This document shows, piece after piece, positions 48,993 to 57,772 of a stretch of DNA of 64,000 nucleotides; position 1 is the first letter of the stretch, and each line of letters begins with the position of its first letter. Position numbers and translations under genes: made by a program. Origin of the DNA: an uncultured Pseudomonadota bacterium. GTDB lineage: Bacteria > Oederibacteriota > Muellerivitia > Muellerivitales > Muellerivitaceae. The notes under the pieces are model-generated. The model did no database searches, was not told the origin of the DNA, and was given only the letters and a program-made list of their open reading frames with translations. The stretch spans positions 1,856,001 to 1,920,000 of the forward strand of contig CAWIIP010000002.1 of assembly GCA_963836235.1 (NCBI GenBank). The letters are read 5' to 3'.

Positions 48993-51900
48993 TTAACCCA
49001 CCCTTTTAACGACTTTCCAAAACCATCCCCAAAAGCCGGTAAGTTCCTTTTTTACCACTTGGGGCCTGACTTCGGTGTGCCATTTCCAAATGACGAATAG
49101 GACGGGATAGACCAAAAGCTCCAAAAGGAAGGAGGTGAAAATCCCGCCCACCATGGGGGCGGCGATACGCTTCATGACGTCGCTTCCCACGCCGTTGGAA
49201 AAGAGGATGGGAACCAAGCCCATCCAGGCCGCCCCGACCGTCATCAGCTTGGGGCGGACACGATGGACGGCTCCCTCCAAAGCCGCTTCCTTTAAATCCA
49301 GGAGGCTCTTGAGCTTTCCCCGCTCCCGGTATTCCCGGTAGGCGATATTTAAATAAAGCAGCATGACGACCCCGGTTTCGGCGTCCAAGCCCGCCAGGGC
49401 GATCATCCCCACGGCTACCGCCACCGAGAGGTTATACCCCAGCATCCAAAGAAGCCAAAAGGCCCCCACCAGGGAGAAGGGAACGGCCAGGAGCACCATG
49501 GCCGTTTCGGTGAAGGACTTGGTGTTGAAATAAATGAGCAGGAAGACCAGCAGAAGGGTCAGGGGGATCATGATCCTGAGCCTCTTGGCCGCCTGTACCA
49601 TATATTCGTATTGGCCGCTCCATTCCAGGCTCACCCCCGGCGGAAGATTTACTTTTTGTTCCAAAACCCTTTTGGCCTCGGCCACCCAAGTACCGGGGTC
49701 ACGGTTCGCCAAGTCAACGTAGACGTAACCCGCCAGCAAGCCGTTCTCATCGCGGATCATGCCCGGCCCCGTGCTCAAGGAGACGTCGGCCACCTGCCCC
49801 AATTGAATATGCTGGCCCGAGGGGGTCACCATGGGAACACGCCTCATCTTATCCGGCGTGTCGCGGAAATCCCGGCTCAAGCGGACCGTGATGGGAAACC
49901 GGGCCCGTCCCTCGACCGCTTCCGTGACCATGTCCCCCCCGACCGCCGATTGGATGAAGTCGTTCAGGTCGCCCACGCTCATGCCGTAACGGGCCAGCTG
50001 GTCCCGCTTGGCCTGGATATCCACGAAATAGCCGCCGGTCACCCTTTCGGCGAAGGCGCTGCGGGTGCCGGGGATATCGTGGACGGCCTTTTCAATGTCC
50101 TCGCTGGCCTTTTCGATGGCCTCGAAGTTATCCCCCAATACCTTGATGCCGATGGGAGTGCGGATACCGGTGGAGAGCATGTCGATGCGGTTCTTGATGG
50201 GCCCGATCCAGTCGTTGGTAAAGCCCGGCACTTGCAGGGCCTGGTTCATCTGCTGGATGAGCTTTTCATGGGTCATGCCCGCGGGCCACTGGCTTTCGGG
50301 CTTGAAAACGATGGTGGTTTCCACCATCGACAGGGGGGCGGGGTCCAGGGAGGTTTCCGCCCTTCCCGCCTTGCCGAACACGCTCTGAACTTCCGGGAAT
50401 GACTTGAGGACCCGGTCCTGCATCTGAAGAATCCGCCCGGCCTCGGCGATGGAAATGCCCGGCAAGGTGATCGGCATATATAGAAGAGTCTCCTCCCACA
50501 GGGGCGGCATGAACTCCGTGCCCAACCGCGCCATGGGCAGGAAAGTCAAAACCATGACGCCCAAAGCCGAGCCGATCACGGTCAGGCGGTGGTCCAGCAC
50601 CCACCGCGCCATCGGCGCGTAGAGGCCCTGGAGAATCCGGTTCACCGGGTTTTCCTTTTCCGGCCGGATGGTTCCCCGGAGCAAAAGGGTCATCAACATG
50701 GGGGTGAGGGTGACCGCCAGGAAGGCGGAGAAAAACATGGCGAAGGTTTTGGTGAAAGCCAGGGGCTTGAACAAGCGGCCCTCCTGGCCCTGCAGGGCGA
50801 AGACCGGCAGGAAACCCGCCGTGATGACCAGCAAGGTCATGAAGAGGGAAGGCCCCACCTCCGTGCAGGCGCGAAGAATGACGCTAGTGCGGTCTTCCTT
50901 CTTTTTACCTTTTTCCCATTCCTCCAGACGCTTGCAGGCGTTTTCCACCATGATGATGGAAGCGTCCACCATGGCCCCGATGGCGATGGCGATCCCGCCC
51001 AAACTCATGATGTTGGAAGTGACGCCGATATAGCGCATGCAAATGAACGAAATGAGGATGGAAACGGGCAGGGTGACCAGGATGACGAAGGCCGAGGGCA
51101 AGTGCCAAAGGAAGATCAGGCACACGATACTCACCGCGATGGCCAGTTTCGCCAATTCCTCCATGAGGGTGTTCACCGAATCCTGGATTAGTTCGGACCG
51201 GTCGTAGACCGGCACGATTTCCACGCCCGGGGGGAGGGAGGGTTTCAGTTCCTCCAGCTTTTGCTTCACGGTCGCGATGACATTCATCGCGTTTTCGCCG
51301 TAGCGCATGGTCACGGTGCCGCCCACGACCTCGCCTTGGCCGTTCAAATCGGTGACGTTACGCCGCAAGGCGGGCCCCAAGCGGGCCTGGCCCACGTCCT
51401 TGACCAAAACGGGAATGCCCTGCTTGTCGCGCCCCACCACGATACCCTGGAGGTCCTGGAGACGGTGGACATAGCCCAAACCCCGCACCATGTATTCGGT
51501 GCCGTTCAGTTCCAACAGTCTTCCACCCACTTCCTGGTTGGATTCCCGCACCGCCTTGACCACATCCGAAAAGGGTATGTCATAGGCCGCCAGGGCCGCG
51601 GGGTTCACTTCCACCTGATACTCTTTCGTCTCACCGCCGACGGTCGAGACCTCGGCCACGCCGGGAAGGCTTTGGAGGACAAATTTCAGGTTCCAATCCT
51701 GGTAGGCCTTGAGTTGTTCCAGGCTGTTCTGGCCGGTCTTATCGACCAAGGCGTATTGGTAAACCCAGCCCACCCCGGTGGCGTCCGGCCCGATTTCCAC
51801 TTTCGCGCCCTCGGGAAGGCTGCCCTGTATCTTCGAGAGATATTCCAATACCCGGCTTCTCGCCCAATAAACATCCGTGCCCTCGTCAAAAATGACATAG

Positions 51901-52175
51901 ATATACGAAAACCCAAAGTCCGATTGGGCCCGGATGGATTTAACATGCGGGGCCCCCAACAAGGCCCGGGTGATGGGGTAAGCCACCTGATCTTCCAGGA
52001 TGTCGGGACTGCGGTCCCACTGGGCGAAGACCACCACTTGGGTATCCGATAAATCCGGGATAGCGTCCAGGGGGACAGTTTTAACCGCCCAAATTCCCCA
52101 GCCGACGACCAACAACAGCCCCAGGCCGACTACAAACCTGTTTCTTCCGCAAAACCCGATGACTTTAGCAATCAT
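48993..52175 (-). CDS. cusA: CusA/CzcA family RND heavy-metal efflux permease (Cu/Ag type)
   Basis: DAIPDLSD, IGAMVDA.I.MVEN; Met triad EFMP / PLSMVET / RIDMLSTG; RVRPKLMT. Confidence 0.95.
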   Translation of the reverse strand: MIAKVIGFCGRNRFVVGLGLLLVVGWGIWAVKTVPLDAIPDLSDTQVVVFAQWDRSPDILEDQVAYPITRALLGAPHVKSIRAQSDFGFSYIYVIFDEGTDVYWARSRVLEYLSKIQGSLPEGAKVEIGPDATGVGWVYQYALVDKTGQNSLEQLKAYQDWNLKFVLQSLPGVAEVSTVGGETKEYQVEVNPAALAAYDIPFSDVVKAVRESNQEVGGRLLELNGTEYMVRGLGYVHRLQDLQGIVVGRDKQGIPVLVKDVGQARLGPALRRNVTDLNGQGEVVGGTVTMRYGENAMNVIATVKQKLEELKPSLPPGVEIVPVYDRSELIQDSVNTLMEELAKLAIAVSIVCLIFLWHLPSAFVILVTLPVSILISFICMRYIGVTSNIMSLGGIAIAIGAMVDASIIMVENACKRLEEWEKGKKKEDRTSVILRACTEVGPSLFMTLLVITAGFLPVFALQGQEGRLFKPLAFTKTFAMFFSAFLAVTLTPMLMTLLLRGTIRPEKENPVNRILQGLYAPMARWVLDHRLTVIGSALGVMVLTFLPMARLGTEFMPPLWEETLLYMPITLPGISIAEAGRILQMQDRVLKSFPEVQSVFGKAGRAETSLDPAPLSMVETTIVFKPESQWPAGMTHEKLIQQMNQALQVPGFTNDWIGPIKNRIDMLSTGIRTPIGIKVLGDNFEAIEKASEDIEKAVHDIPGTRSAFAERVTGGYFVDIQAKRDQLARYGMSVGDLNDFIQSAVGGDMVTEAVEGRARFPITVRLSRDFRDTPDKMRRVPMVTPSGQHIQLGQVADVSLSTGPGMIRDENGLLAGYVYVDLANRDPGTWVAEAKRVLEQKVNLPPGVSLEWSGQYEYMVQAAKRLRIMIPLTLLLVFLLIYFNTKSFTETAMVLLAVPFSLVGAFWLLWMLGYNLSVAVAVGMIALAGLDAETGVVMLLYLNIAYREYRERGKLKSLLDLKEAALEGAVHRVRPKLMTVGAAWMGLVPILFSNGVGSDVMKRIAAPMVGGIFTSFLLELLVYPVLFVIWKWHTEVRPQVVKKELTGFWGWFWKVVKRVG

Positions 52176-52198
52176 TTAAAACCTCCAAAGACTCTCTT

Positions 52199-52310
52199 AA
52201 CCACCAAGGCACCAAGGGCACCAAGAACGACGAAAGGCAAGAAGCTTTAAAACGGCCAAAATTAAATCTTTTGGTTTTTCCTTCTTGGTGCCCTTAGTGT
52301 CTTGGTGGTT
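52199..52310. repeat. palindromic intergenic element (copy 2) between cusB and cusA
   Basis: AACCACCAAGGCACCAAGGGCACCAAGAA ... TTCTTGGTGCCCTTAGTGTCTTGGTGGTT. Confidence 0.85.
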
Positions 52311-52316
52311 CAAATT

Positions 52317-53279
52317 TTATTTTCCGCTTTGCGATTCCATGGCGGCAAAATTGGCCGCCAGCTTGGAATCGGCGTCCACCATGAAATTCGCCCCCGACAC
52401 CACCCTGTCACCGGCTTGAAGGCCGGACAAAATTTGGCAACGGTCGTCGCCCTCGAATCCCACCGTGATTTCCCGGGGCGTGAAAATTTCCGGCGGCTGT
52501 TTCAGGAAAACATAACGGTGGAGCCCCGTGGCCATCACGGCATCGGTAGGCACCGACAGGAGGGGTTGGGAAGCCGCCTCTATTTCCACGTTGGCATAAA
52601 GTTCGGAGGAAGGGGCGTTGGAAAGGCTGATTTGGACCTTGCGTTCCCGGGATTGGGTTCCGTCATAAGGATAAATTCGCGACACCCTTCCTTCCACCCG
52701 GGGCCCGGACCCGCTGAAGGCGGACACCCAGGCGGTTTGTCCCACCCTGACATAGGGGATATCGAGGGCGTAAACGTCAGCCACCAGATACCGGCTTCTC
52801 TCGGACGCCACCTTTCTCCCCGCCGCGAAATCACCCACGGCGGCGGAAAAGTCATCGGACCCGCCTCCAAAGCGCCCCACGGTTTGGATGACCCTGACGA
52901 CGGGTTTCTGTTCCACTAGGGCAGTTCGCAGCCCTATGAGTTGCTGCTTAAAGGGGGATAGATCAACGGCGGCTAACCCATTAAGTGCTGCGGGCTGTCC
53001 CGTCTGCCCGGCTGAAAGGGAGGCGCTTTCCTTTTCACCCCCGGCCGTGCCATCCCTTTTAATGAGGGTCATGCCGCAAATGGCGCAATTTCCCGGATGA
53101 TCCTGGTGGAACCAGGGATGCATGGCGCAATAGTAATCATCCGACTTCTTGTCGGCGGCCTTCGTTTCCACCCCCTTCGGTTTGCCTTCAAGACACCAAC
53201 GGGCGGTCCCCATGGCGGCCAATAAGGCCAACAGAATTAAGAAAATTACTTTTCGAGTTTTCATGATGAATCGGTACAT
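52317..53279 (-). CDS. cusB: CusB-like RND periplasmic adaptor with N-terminal HMBD, internally shortened
   Basis: YCAMHP....PGNCAICGM; ADVY..D...V.VGQ; IYP; VP..AV; GL..GD.VV..ANF.VD. Confidence 0.85.
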   Translation of the reverse strand: MYRFIMKTRKVIFLILLALLAAMGTARWCLEGKPKGVETKAADKKSDDYYCAMHPWFHQDHPGNCAICGMTLIKRDGTAGGEKESASLSAGQTGQPAALNGLAAVDLSPFKQQLIGLRTALVEQKPVVRVIQTVGRFGGGSDDFSAAVGDFAAGRKVASERSRYLVADVYALDIPYVRVGQTAWVSAFSGSGPRVEGRVSRIYPYDGTQSRERKVQISLSNAPSSELYANVEIEAASQPLLSVPTDAVMATGLHRYVFLKQPPEIFTPREITVGFEGDDRCQILSGLQAGDRVVSGANFMVDADSKLAANFAAMESQSGK

Positions 53280-53283
53280 GCCG

Positions 53284-54576
53284 TTACTCCTTTTCGTTTG
53301 CGGAACCCGGGAGGGTCCCCATCCGGTAATCAAGGTCCGCTAGGGCTTTGCCATAGTCGGACTGTGCCTTGTAGTAAGACTTCAACGTGTCGATGTACAT
53401 GTTGTAGTTGTCCACGAAGTCCGGAAGTTGTATTTCTTCGTTTCGGTAGGCCGCCTGTGTGGCTTTCCATGCCTTTTGCGTTTGTCCCAATAACCCGCCC
53501 TCCTCATACAATTTCCAAAGCCGCCAGGCCGATTGGGCGCTCACGAAGGCTTCCTCGACCATGTGGGTGGCCTCGTCCTTGGCCCCCGTCAATTCGTACC
53601 GGGAGGCTTCCACCTGGTCATTGGCCTGGTCGGTGGCCTGGGTTTGCTTGAGGGGAAAGAAAAGCGGGACGCTCACGTCCACCCTGAACCCCCAATAGGA
53701 AAAACCGGTGTCTTCGGGATTCCGGGTGCCGGAAAGGGCCACCGTGAAATCCGGCAAGTGGCTTAACACCGCCACATGCGCCTCGGCCCCGGCTTTATCC
53801 AGGTCCCTTTCGGCCTCTGCCACCATGGGATTATGATCCATGGCGGTTTGAACCAGGTCTTGAACCGTCCCGGCCAGGGGAGGCAAGGCGGGTATTTCCT
53901 TCAGGGTGTAAGCCGTCCCATGAGGCAGGCTGAAGAGGTGGTTGAAGTTGGCCCTTGAGACTTCCAAATCCTGGCTGACGGTGAAAAGATCGTTGGTGGT
54001 GTTCGCCATTTCCATCTGCGCCCGGACGGTCTTCATGGAAAGCCATTGGCCCGTCAGTTCACGGGACTTCAATGCCTGGCTTAAGGATTCCCATTGGCTT
54101 TGGGACCCGGCCAGAACCTCGTAAACCTTTTGCCGGTAGTAAAAATCCCAAAAGGCTTGCCGGGTCTGGAGCAGGATCGTCCGGCGCGTATCTTGGGCCA
54201 GCGCCTGTTTTTTTCCGGTTTCGGCCTTGTCCACATCCAGCTGGGCAAGGCTTTTTCCCGGAAAGCCGAGGTTTTCCTCCACCTGCCACATACTCATATC
54301 GGGGAAAGTATCGTCGACCATGAAGGTGGGATCGGCGGGGGCCAGGGTTTGAAGATTTTGTTTTCCCGCCGCCTCCACCCGTTTGTCCGCCGCGCGGATA
54401 TGGGGGTTTCCTTCCAGGGCCATTTCTTCCGCTTTGGGAAGGGTGATTTCAATGGTGGCGGGGGCGGTTGAACCGATCTCCATACCGGCCATATCGGCGG
54501 CCCCTAAGGGTTCCGAAAGCCCAAGGGCGGCTAAGAAGAGGGTTGGGTAAATCAAATTTGAATTTTTCACGGGCAT
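53284..54576 (-). CDS. TolC/CusC family outer membrane efflux protein
   Basis: Signal peptide; two OEP repeats (A...NP..; LPDF; VSVPLF); operon context. Confidence 0.88.
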   Translation of the reverse strand: MPVKNSNLIYPTLFLAALGLSEPLGAADMAGMEIGSTAPATIEITLPKAEEMALEGNPHIRAADKRVEAAGKQNLQTLAPADPTFMVDDTFPDMSMWQVEENLGFPGKSLAQLDVDKAETGKKQALAQDTRRTILLQTRQAFWDFYYRQKVYEVLAGSQSQWESLSQALKSRELTGQWLSMKTVRAQMEMANTTNDLFTVSQDLEVSRANFNHLFSLPHGTAYTLKEIPALPPLAGTVQDLVQTAMDHNPMVAEAERDLDKAGAEAHVAVLSHLPDFTVALSGTRNPEDTGFSYWGFRVDVSVPLFFPLKQTQATDQANDQVEASRYELTGAKDEATHMVEEAFVSAQSAWRLWKLYEEGGLLGQTQKAWKATQAAYRNEEIQLPDFVDNYNMYIDTLKSYYKAQSDYGKALADLDYRMGTLPGSANEKE

Positions 54577-54654
54577 CACTCCTTTTGTTTGCGGACGCAA
54601 ATAAGCCACGGATGGATTCTTTTGAACCCATCGACGCAACATCAAAAGGAATGA
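54576..54654 (-). promoter_or_regulatory. stem-loop sequestering the cusC Shine-Dalgarno and start
   Basis: mRNA UCAUUCCUUUUG pairs with CAAAAGGAGUGA (12 bp, one G-U); inner hairpin GAUGGGUUC-AAAA-GAAUCCAUC. Confidence 0.7.
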
Positions 54655-54655
54655 A

Positions 54656-55006
54656 TCAGATTCTTAGGACGGCAGAACTTCGGGGAGGAGACTCCACAAC
54701 GGCGGGAACCACACTAAAGCGAACCGCAAATAAAAATCGCGGTTGAAAAACTTTGGTCGTGACCATTGAGGAGGCCACCACTGGAAGATGAACCACGGAC
54801 GGCGTGACCGTCGACTGGTTCATGACCTTGCACATCGGATTCATGGGTTTGGAGGAATGGCAGCAATTCATCGGAGTGGTCATGTGCCGCATGGAGCAAA
54901 CCGTCACGGAAGGGGACAGTTGCTGGCAAGCGTCGCAGGGGGACAAGACTAACAGGACCCCCAAGACCAAAAGGCTTCGACGAATGATCGAGAAGAACTT
55001 TTCCAT
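54656..55006 (-). CDS. Cys/His/Met-rich exported leader-type protein (DUF2946/CutF-like)
   Basis: Signal peptide; CDAC, CSMRHM, NCCH, MC; C-terminal SPP......LRI; first gene of the Cu efflux operon. Confidence 0.7.
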   Translation of the reverse strand: MEKFFSIIRRSLLVLGVLLVLSPCDACQQLSPSVTVCSMRHMTTPMNCCHSSKPMNPMCKVMNQSTVTPSVVHLPVVASSMVTTKVFQPRFLFAVRFSVVPAVVESPPRSSAVLRI

Positions 55007-55093
55007 GAATGAATCCTACGCCTTTTACCCCGAAATGGCAAATCGGCTTCTTATTTACCGCCCTCAGCCTAAGGGAAAGGTTGGAAGGCCAAT

Positions 55094-55107
55094 ATGATCT
55101 ATATCAA
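55094..55107. promoter_or_regulatory. FNR-like box upstream of the copper operon
   Basis: ATGAT-CTAT-ATCAA, one mismatch to TTGAT-N4-ATCAA. Confidence 0.3.
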
Positions 55108-55176
55108 GTTGGGACGGGAGCCCGGCTTCGGATGGTTATTTAACTGCCAGCAGGCCTTTGGAATTCCTAGAAAGAC

Positions 55177-55794
55177 CTACCTTTTGGTTAACACGCAAAA
55201 GAACGAAAAGGGCTGGCGGGGGCCGTGGAAGACACCTTCTTTGAGGTCTTCCAATTCAAAATCATTTTCGAAAAGCTCCTGAATTTCCTCGGGCGTAAAA
55301 CGGTAGGGCCCGAAGCCCGCGGGCATCTTGAAGCTGAAGACCTTCAAGGTCAGCACGCCGCCTTTTATTAAAAGCCCAGCCACCGTCCGGCGGTAATCGT
55401 CCCAATCCTTGGAAGGCAGGGTGTGGAAGCAACCGCGGTCATGGACCAAAAGGGCGTCGCCCGTTTTGGGAAGGGTTAGAACGTCGGTAGTGAGGAACTT
55501 GATCTTGCCTTCGACCCCCGCTTTCCGGGCGGTTTTGTGGGCCAGGGCGATCGCCGATTCGGCGATATCCACGGCGGTGACCTTCCAACCTTGTTGAGTG
55601 AGGTAAGCGGCGTCGTTGCCGGGCCCGCAGCCCAGGTCGTAGGCGATGCCGGGGGGAACGGAAACCGTTTCAAGCAGGTCCCGAAGGTCGCTATCCACGC
55701 TCTCCGCGTTCCAGGGCAATTCGGAAGGCGGGGTCTTTTGGTAAGTGGCTTCCCAGGACTCGTGCGGCCCAGTGGTGCCATGGTATTCGGTCAT
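55177..55794 (-). CDS. class I SAM-dependent methyltransferase (TPMT/TehB-like); its 3' end is copy A of the repeat
   Basis: W...Y.....PW; DLGCGPG; VDIA..AI; DRGCFHTL. Confidence 0.92.
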   Translation of the reverse strand: MTEYHGTTGPHESWEATYQKTPPSELPWNAESVDSDLRDLLETVSVPPGIAYDLGCGPGNDAAYLTQQGWKVTAVDIAESAIALAHKTARKAGVEGKIKFLTTDVLTLPKTGDALLVHDRGCFHTLPSKDWDDYRRTVAGLLIKGGVLTLKVFSFKMPAGFGPYRFTPEEIQELFENDFELEDLKEGVFHGPRQPFSFFCVLTKR

Positions 55795-55919
55795 AAGTGG
55801 CTCCTCGTGTTGGAAAAGTTTACCGCTTTTTTTTTCGGAATATAAAAAAATATTTACTGCCTTGAGATTGGGCTGACTCCATCCTTAAAATCCTTCGAAG
55901 AAGAGCTAAGGGGGGCGTA

Positions 55920-56870
55920 ATGAAAATGCGTGAACTGGGGAAATCCGGCATCGAAGTGGCGCCTTGGGCTCTGGGGGGCAACGTCTTCGGTTGGACGGCG
56001 GACGAGGCGGCTTCTTTCGATATTTTGTACGCCTTCGTGGATGCGGGGTTCAACCTGATCGACACGGCGGACACCTATTCGCGCTGGATTCCGGGCCACG
56101 TGGGAGGCGAATCGGAAAGCGTCATCGGCAAATGGTTCAAGCAAAGCGGGATGCGGAACAAAGTGGTCATCGCCACCAAGGTTGGCATGGACATGGGGGA
56201 CGGGAAAAAGGGCCTAGCCAAACGCTACATCCTGAAAGAAGTGGAAGATTCCCTAAAGCGCTTGCAGACCGACCATATCGACCTCTACCAGTCCCACCAG
56301 GACGATCCGGAAGTTCCCCTGGAAGAAACCCTGGACGCCTACGCACAGCTGGTGAAGCAGGGAAAGGTGCGGGCCATCGGCGCCTCCAACTATAAGGCCG
56401 GGCGGCTGTACCAAGCCTTGACCGTCAGCAAGAAGTTGGAGATTCCCCGTTACGAATGCCTTCAGCCCCACTACAACCTTTACGAGCGGGAAGACTACGA
56501 GACCCTTTTGGAGCCCTTGATTCGGGACAAGAACATCGGAGTGATTCCTTATTTTTCTTTGGCGGCGGGGTTCCTGACCGGCAAGTACCGCTCGGAAGCG
56601 GACTTAACCAAGAGCCCCCGGGGCGGGGGAATGAAAAAATATATGAACGACCGGGGGTTCCGCATCCTGGCGGCCCTGGACGAGGTGGCGAAGAACCTTA
56701 GTTCCACCCCCGCGCGGGTTGCCCTGGCTTGGCTGATCGCCCGGCCCGGTATTACCGCCCCCATCGCCAGCGCCACCAACCTGGAACAATTCAAGGACCT
56801 GCTGGAGGGGACGAAGCTGGAGATGGACCCCGCCATGATCGAGAAACTCAACCAGGCCAGCGGTTATTAA
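55920..56870 (+). CDS. aldo/keto reductase
   Basis: GGNVFGW, IDTADTYS, IATKVG, SLKRLQTDHIDLYQ.H, GKVRAIGASN. Confidence 0.96.
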   Translation: MKMRELGKSGIEVAPWALGGNVFGWTADEAASFDILYAFVDAGFNLIDTADTYSRWIPGHVGGESESVIGKWFKQSGMRNKVVIATKVGMDMGDGKKGLAKRYILKEVEDSLKRLQTDHIDLYQSHQDDPEVPLEETLDAYAQLVKQGKVRAIGASNYKAGRLYQALTVSKKLEIPRYECLQPHYNLYEREDYETLLEPLIRDKNIGVIPYFSLAAGFLTGKYRSEADLTKSPRGGGMKKYMNDRGFRILAALDEVAKNLSSTPARVALAWLIARPGITAPIASATNLEQFKDLLEGTKLEMDPAMIEKLNQASGY

Positions 56871-56890
56871 GTTCACTTGTTTAAAGCGAT

Positions 56891-57313
56891 TCAAAAAGAA
56901 ACGTTGCCCGAGTTTCTCACTTTCATGACCGATTCCTGGTCGAATTTTTTTTTATAAGCGTCGATGATTTCCTGGATGGCTTGGTCGGCTTGAGAGCTGT
57001 CCGGGTGGATCAAAAGCAGAACCTTGGTTTTTTCCTTTCCCACCCGCCCGTTCTTGCTACGCCATTGGCCCTTGGCGTCCCAAACCGTGAGCCCCTCGGG
57101 AAAGCGGGGCGTGACGACCGAGTTTAAAAAGGAATTCCATTCGGGGTCGGTCACCGGCCCCTTGTCGGTGCTGGTCCCAAAATAAAGGGTGTCGGAAACC
57201 ATGGGCGAAGCGGAGGAAATACTGTCGGCTTTTAGGGAAGCTTTTGTGGGGGCGCAGGCGGGGAGGAGAAGGCCGCCGAGGAGAAGAAAAAGGAGGAAGA
57301 ATTTGGGGCTCAT
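56891..57313 (-). CDS. DUF3574 family lipoprotein
   Basis: Lipobox LPA-C; LYFG, W..FL...VTPRFPEGLTV.DA.GQW, YK..F.QESV. Confidence 0.88.
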   Translation of the reverse strand: MSPKFFLLFLLLGGLLLPACAPTKASLKADSISSASPMVSDTLYFGTSTDKGPVTDPEWNSFLNSVVTPRFPEGLTVWDAKGQWRSKNGRVGKEKTKVLLLIHPDSSQADQAIQEIIDAYKKKFDQESVMKVRNSGNVSF

Positions 57314-57625
57314 GGAATGATTCCTGACTTTAGAAGTTTCGAATTTTGAATCTTTTTTTGAAAGATCTTTAAGAAGTTTAAAATTTCCATTGGCGAGGGC
57401 TATTTTCTTTGCGTGAGACCATTTCTTGATTTGACATTCTCTTTTATGGGCGCTGGTTCGGTCCGGATGCGATTCAGAATAAATCAATTCGCCCGCGCCG
57501 AAAATGTAAGTGGTTCGAGTGCTTGATTTTAGACCGTGCTCAGCTTCGCGACGGTCCAGGTGATCGGTGATCCCGGTGTAAAGCCTGCCATCCAACATTT
57601 TTAGAATGTAAAGGTAGTAATTCAT
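57314..57625 (-). CDS. GIY-YIG nuclease (UPF0213/YhbQ-like); no stop codon, reads in frame into DUF3574
   Basis: YLYIL...DG.LYTGIT..L.RR..EH...LIYSE......A.KRE.QIKKWS.AKK.AL. Confidence 0.88.
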
Positions 57626-57672
57626 CGTTTCAAATAAAAAAGAGTTCCTTTCGGAACTCTTGGTGGTAGCAG

Positions 57673-57772
57673 CCCCTCGACAAGCTCGGGGCATTCGATG
57701 CCCCGTGATGGCCTGCCATGAGTAAGCCCAGCCCCACTTTATTTTTTAGATAAAGAGGGCGGGCGCATCGAA
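57673..57772 (-). repeat. structured REP-like element between tRNA-Asn and the GIY-YIG gene
   Basis: ATTCGATGC...GCATCGAAT closing stem; CCCCGAGCTTGTCGAGGGG motif resembles CCTGAGCTTGTCGAAGG repeats. Confidence 0.6.

Noticed and set aside
45230-55286. Diversity-generating retroelement (TR/VR) or CRISPR interpretation of the repeated gene tail
   Set aside because: No reverse transcriptase or cas genes; mismatches are not confined to adenines; spacing is kilobase-scale and irregular.
45230-55286. Classical integron attC sites
   Set aside because: No RYYYAAC...GTTRRRY boxes with a long palindrome and no intI; the repeat is coding-derived.
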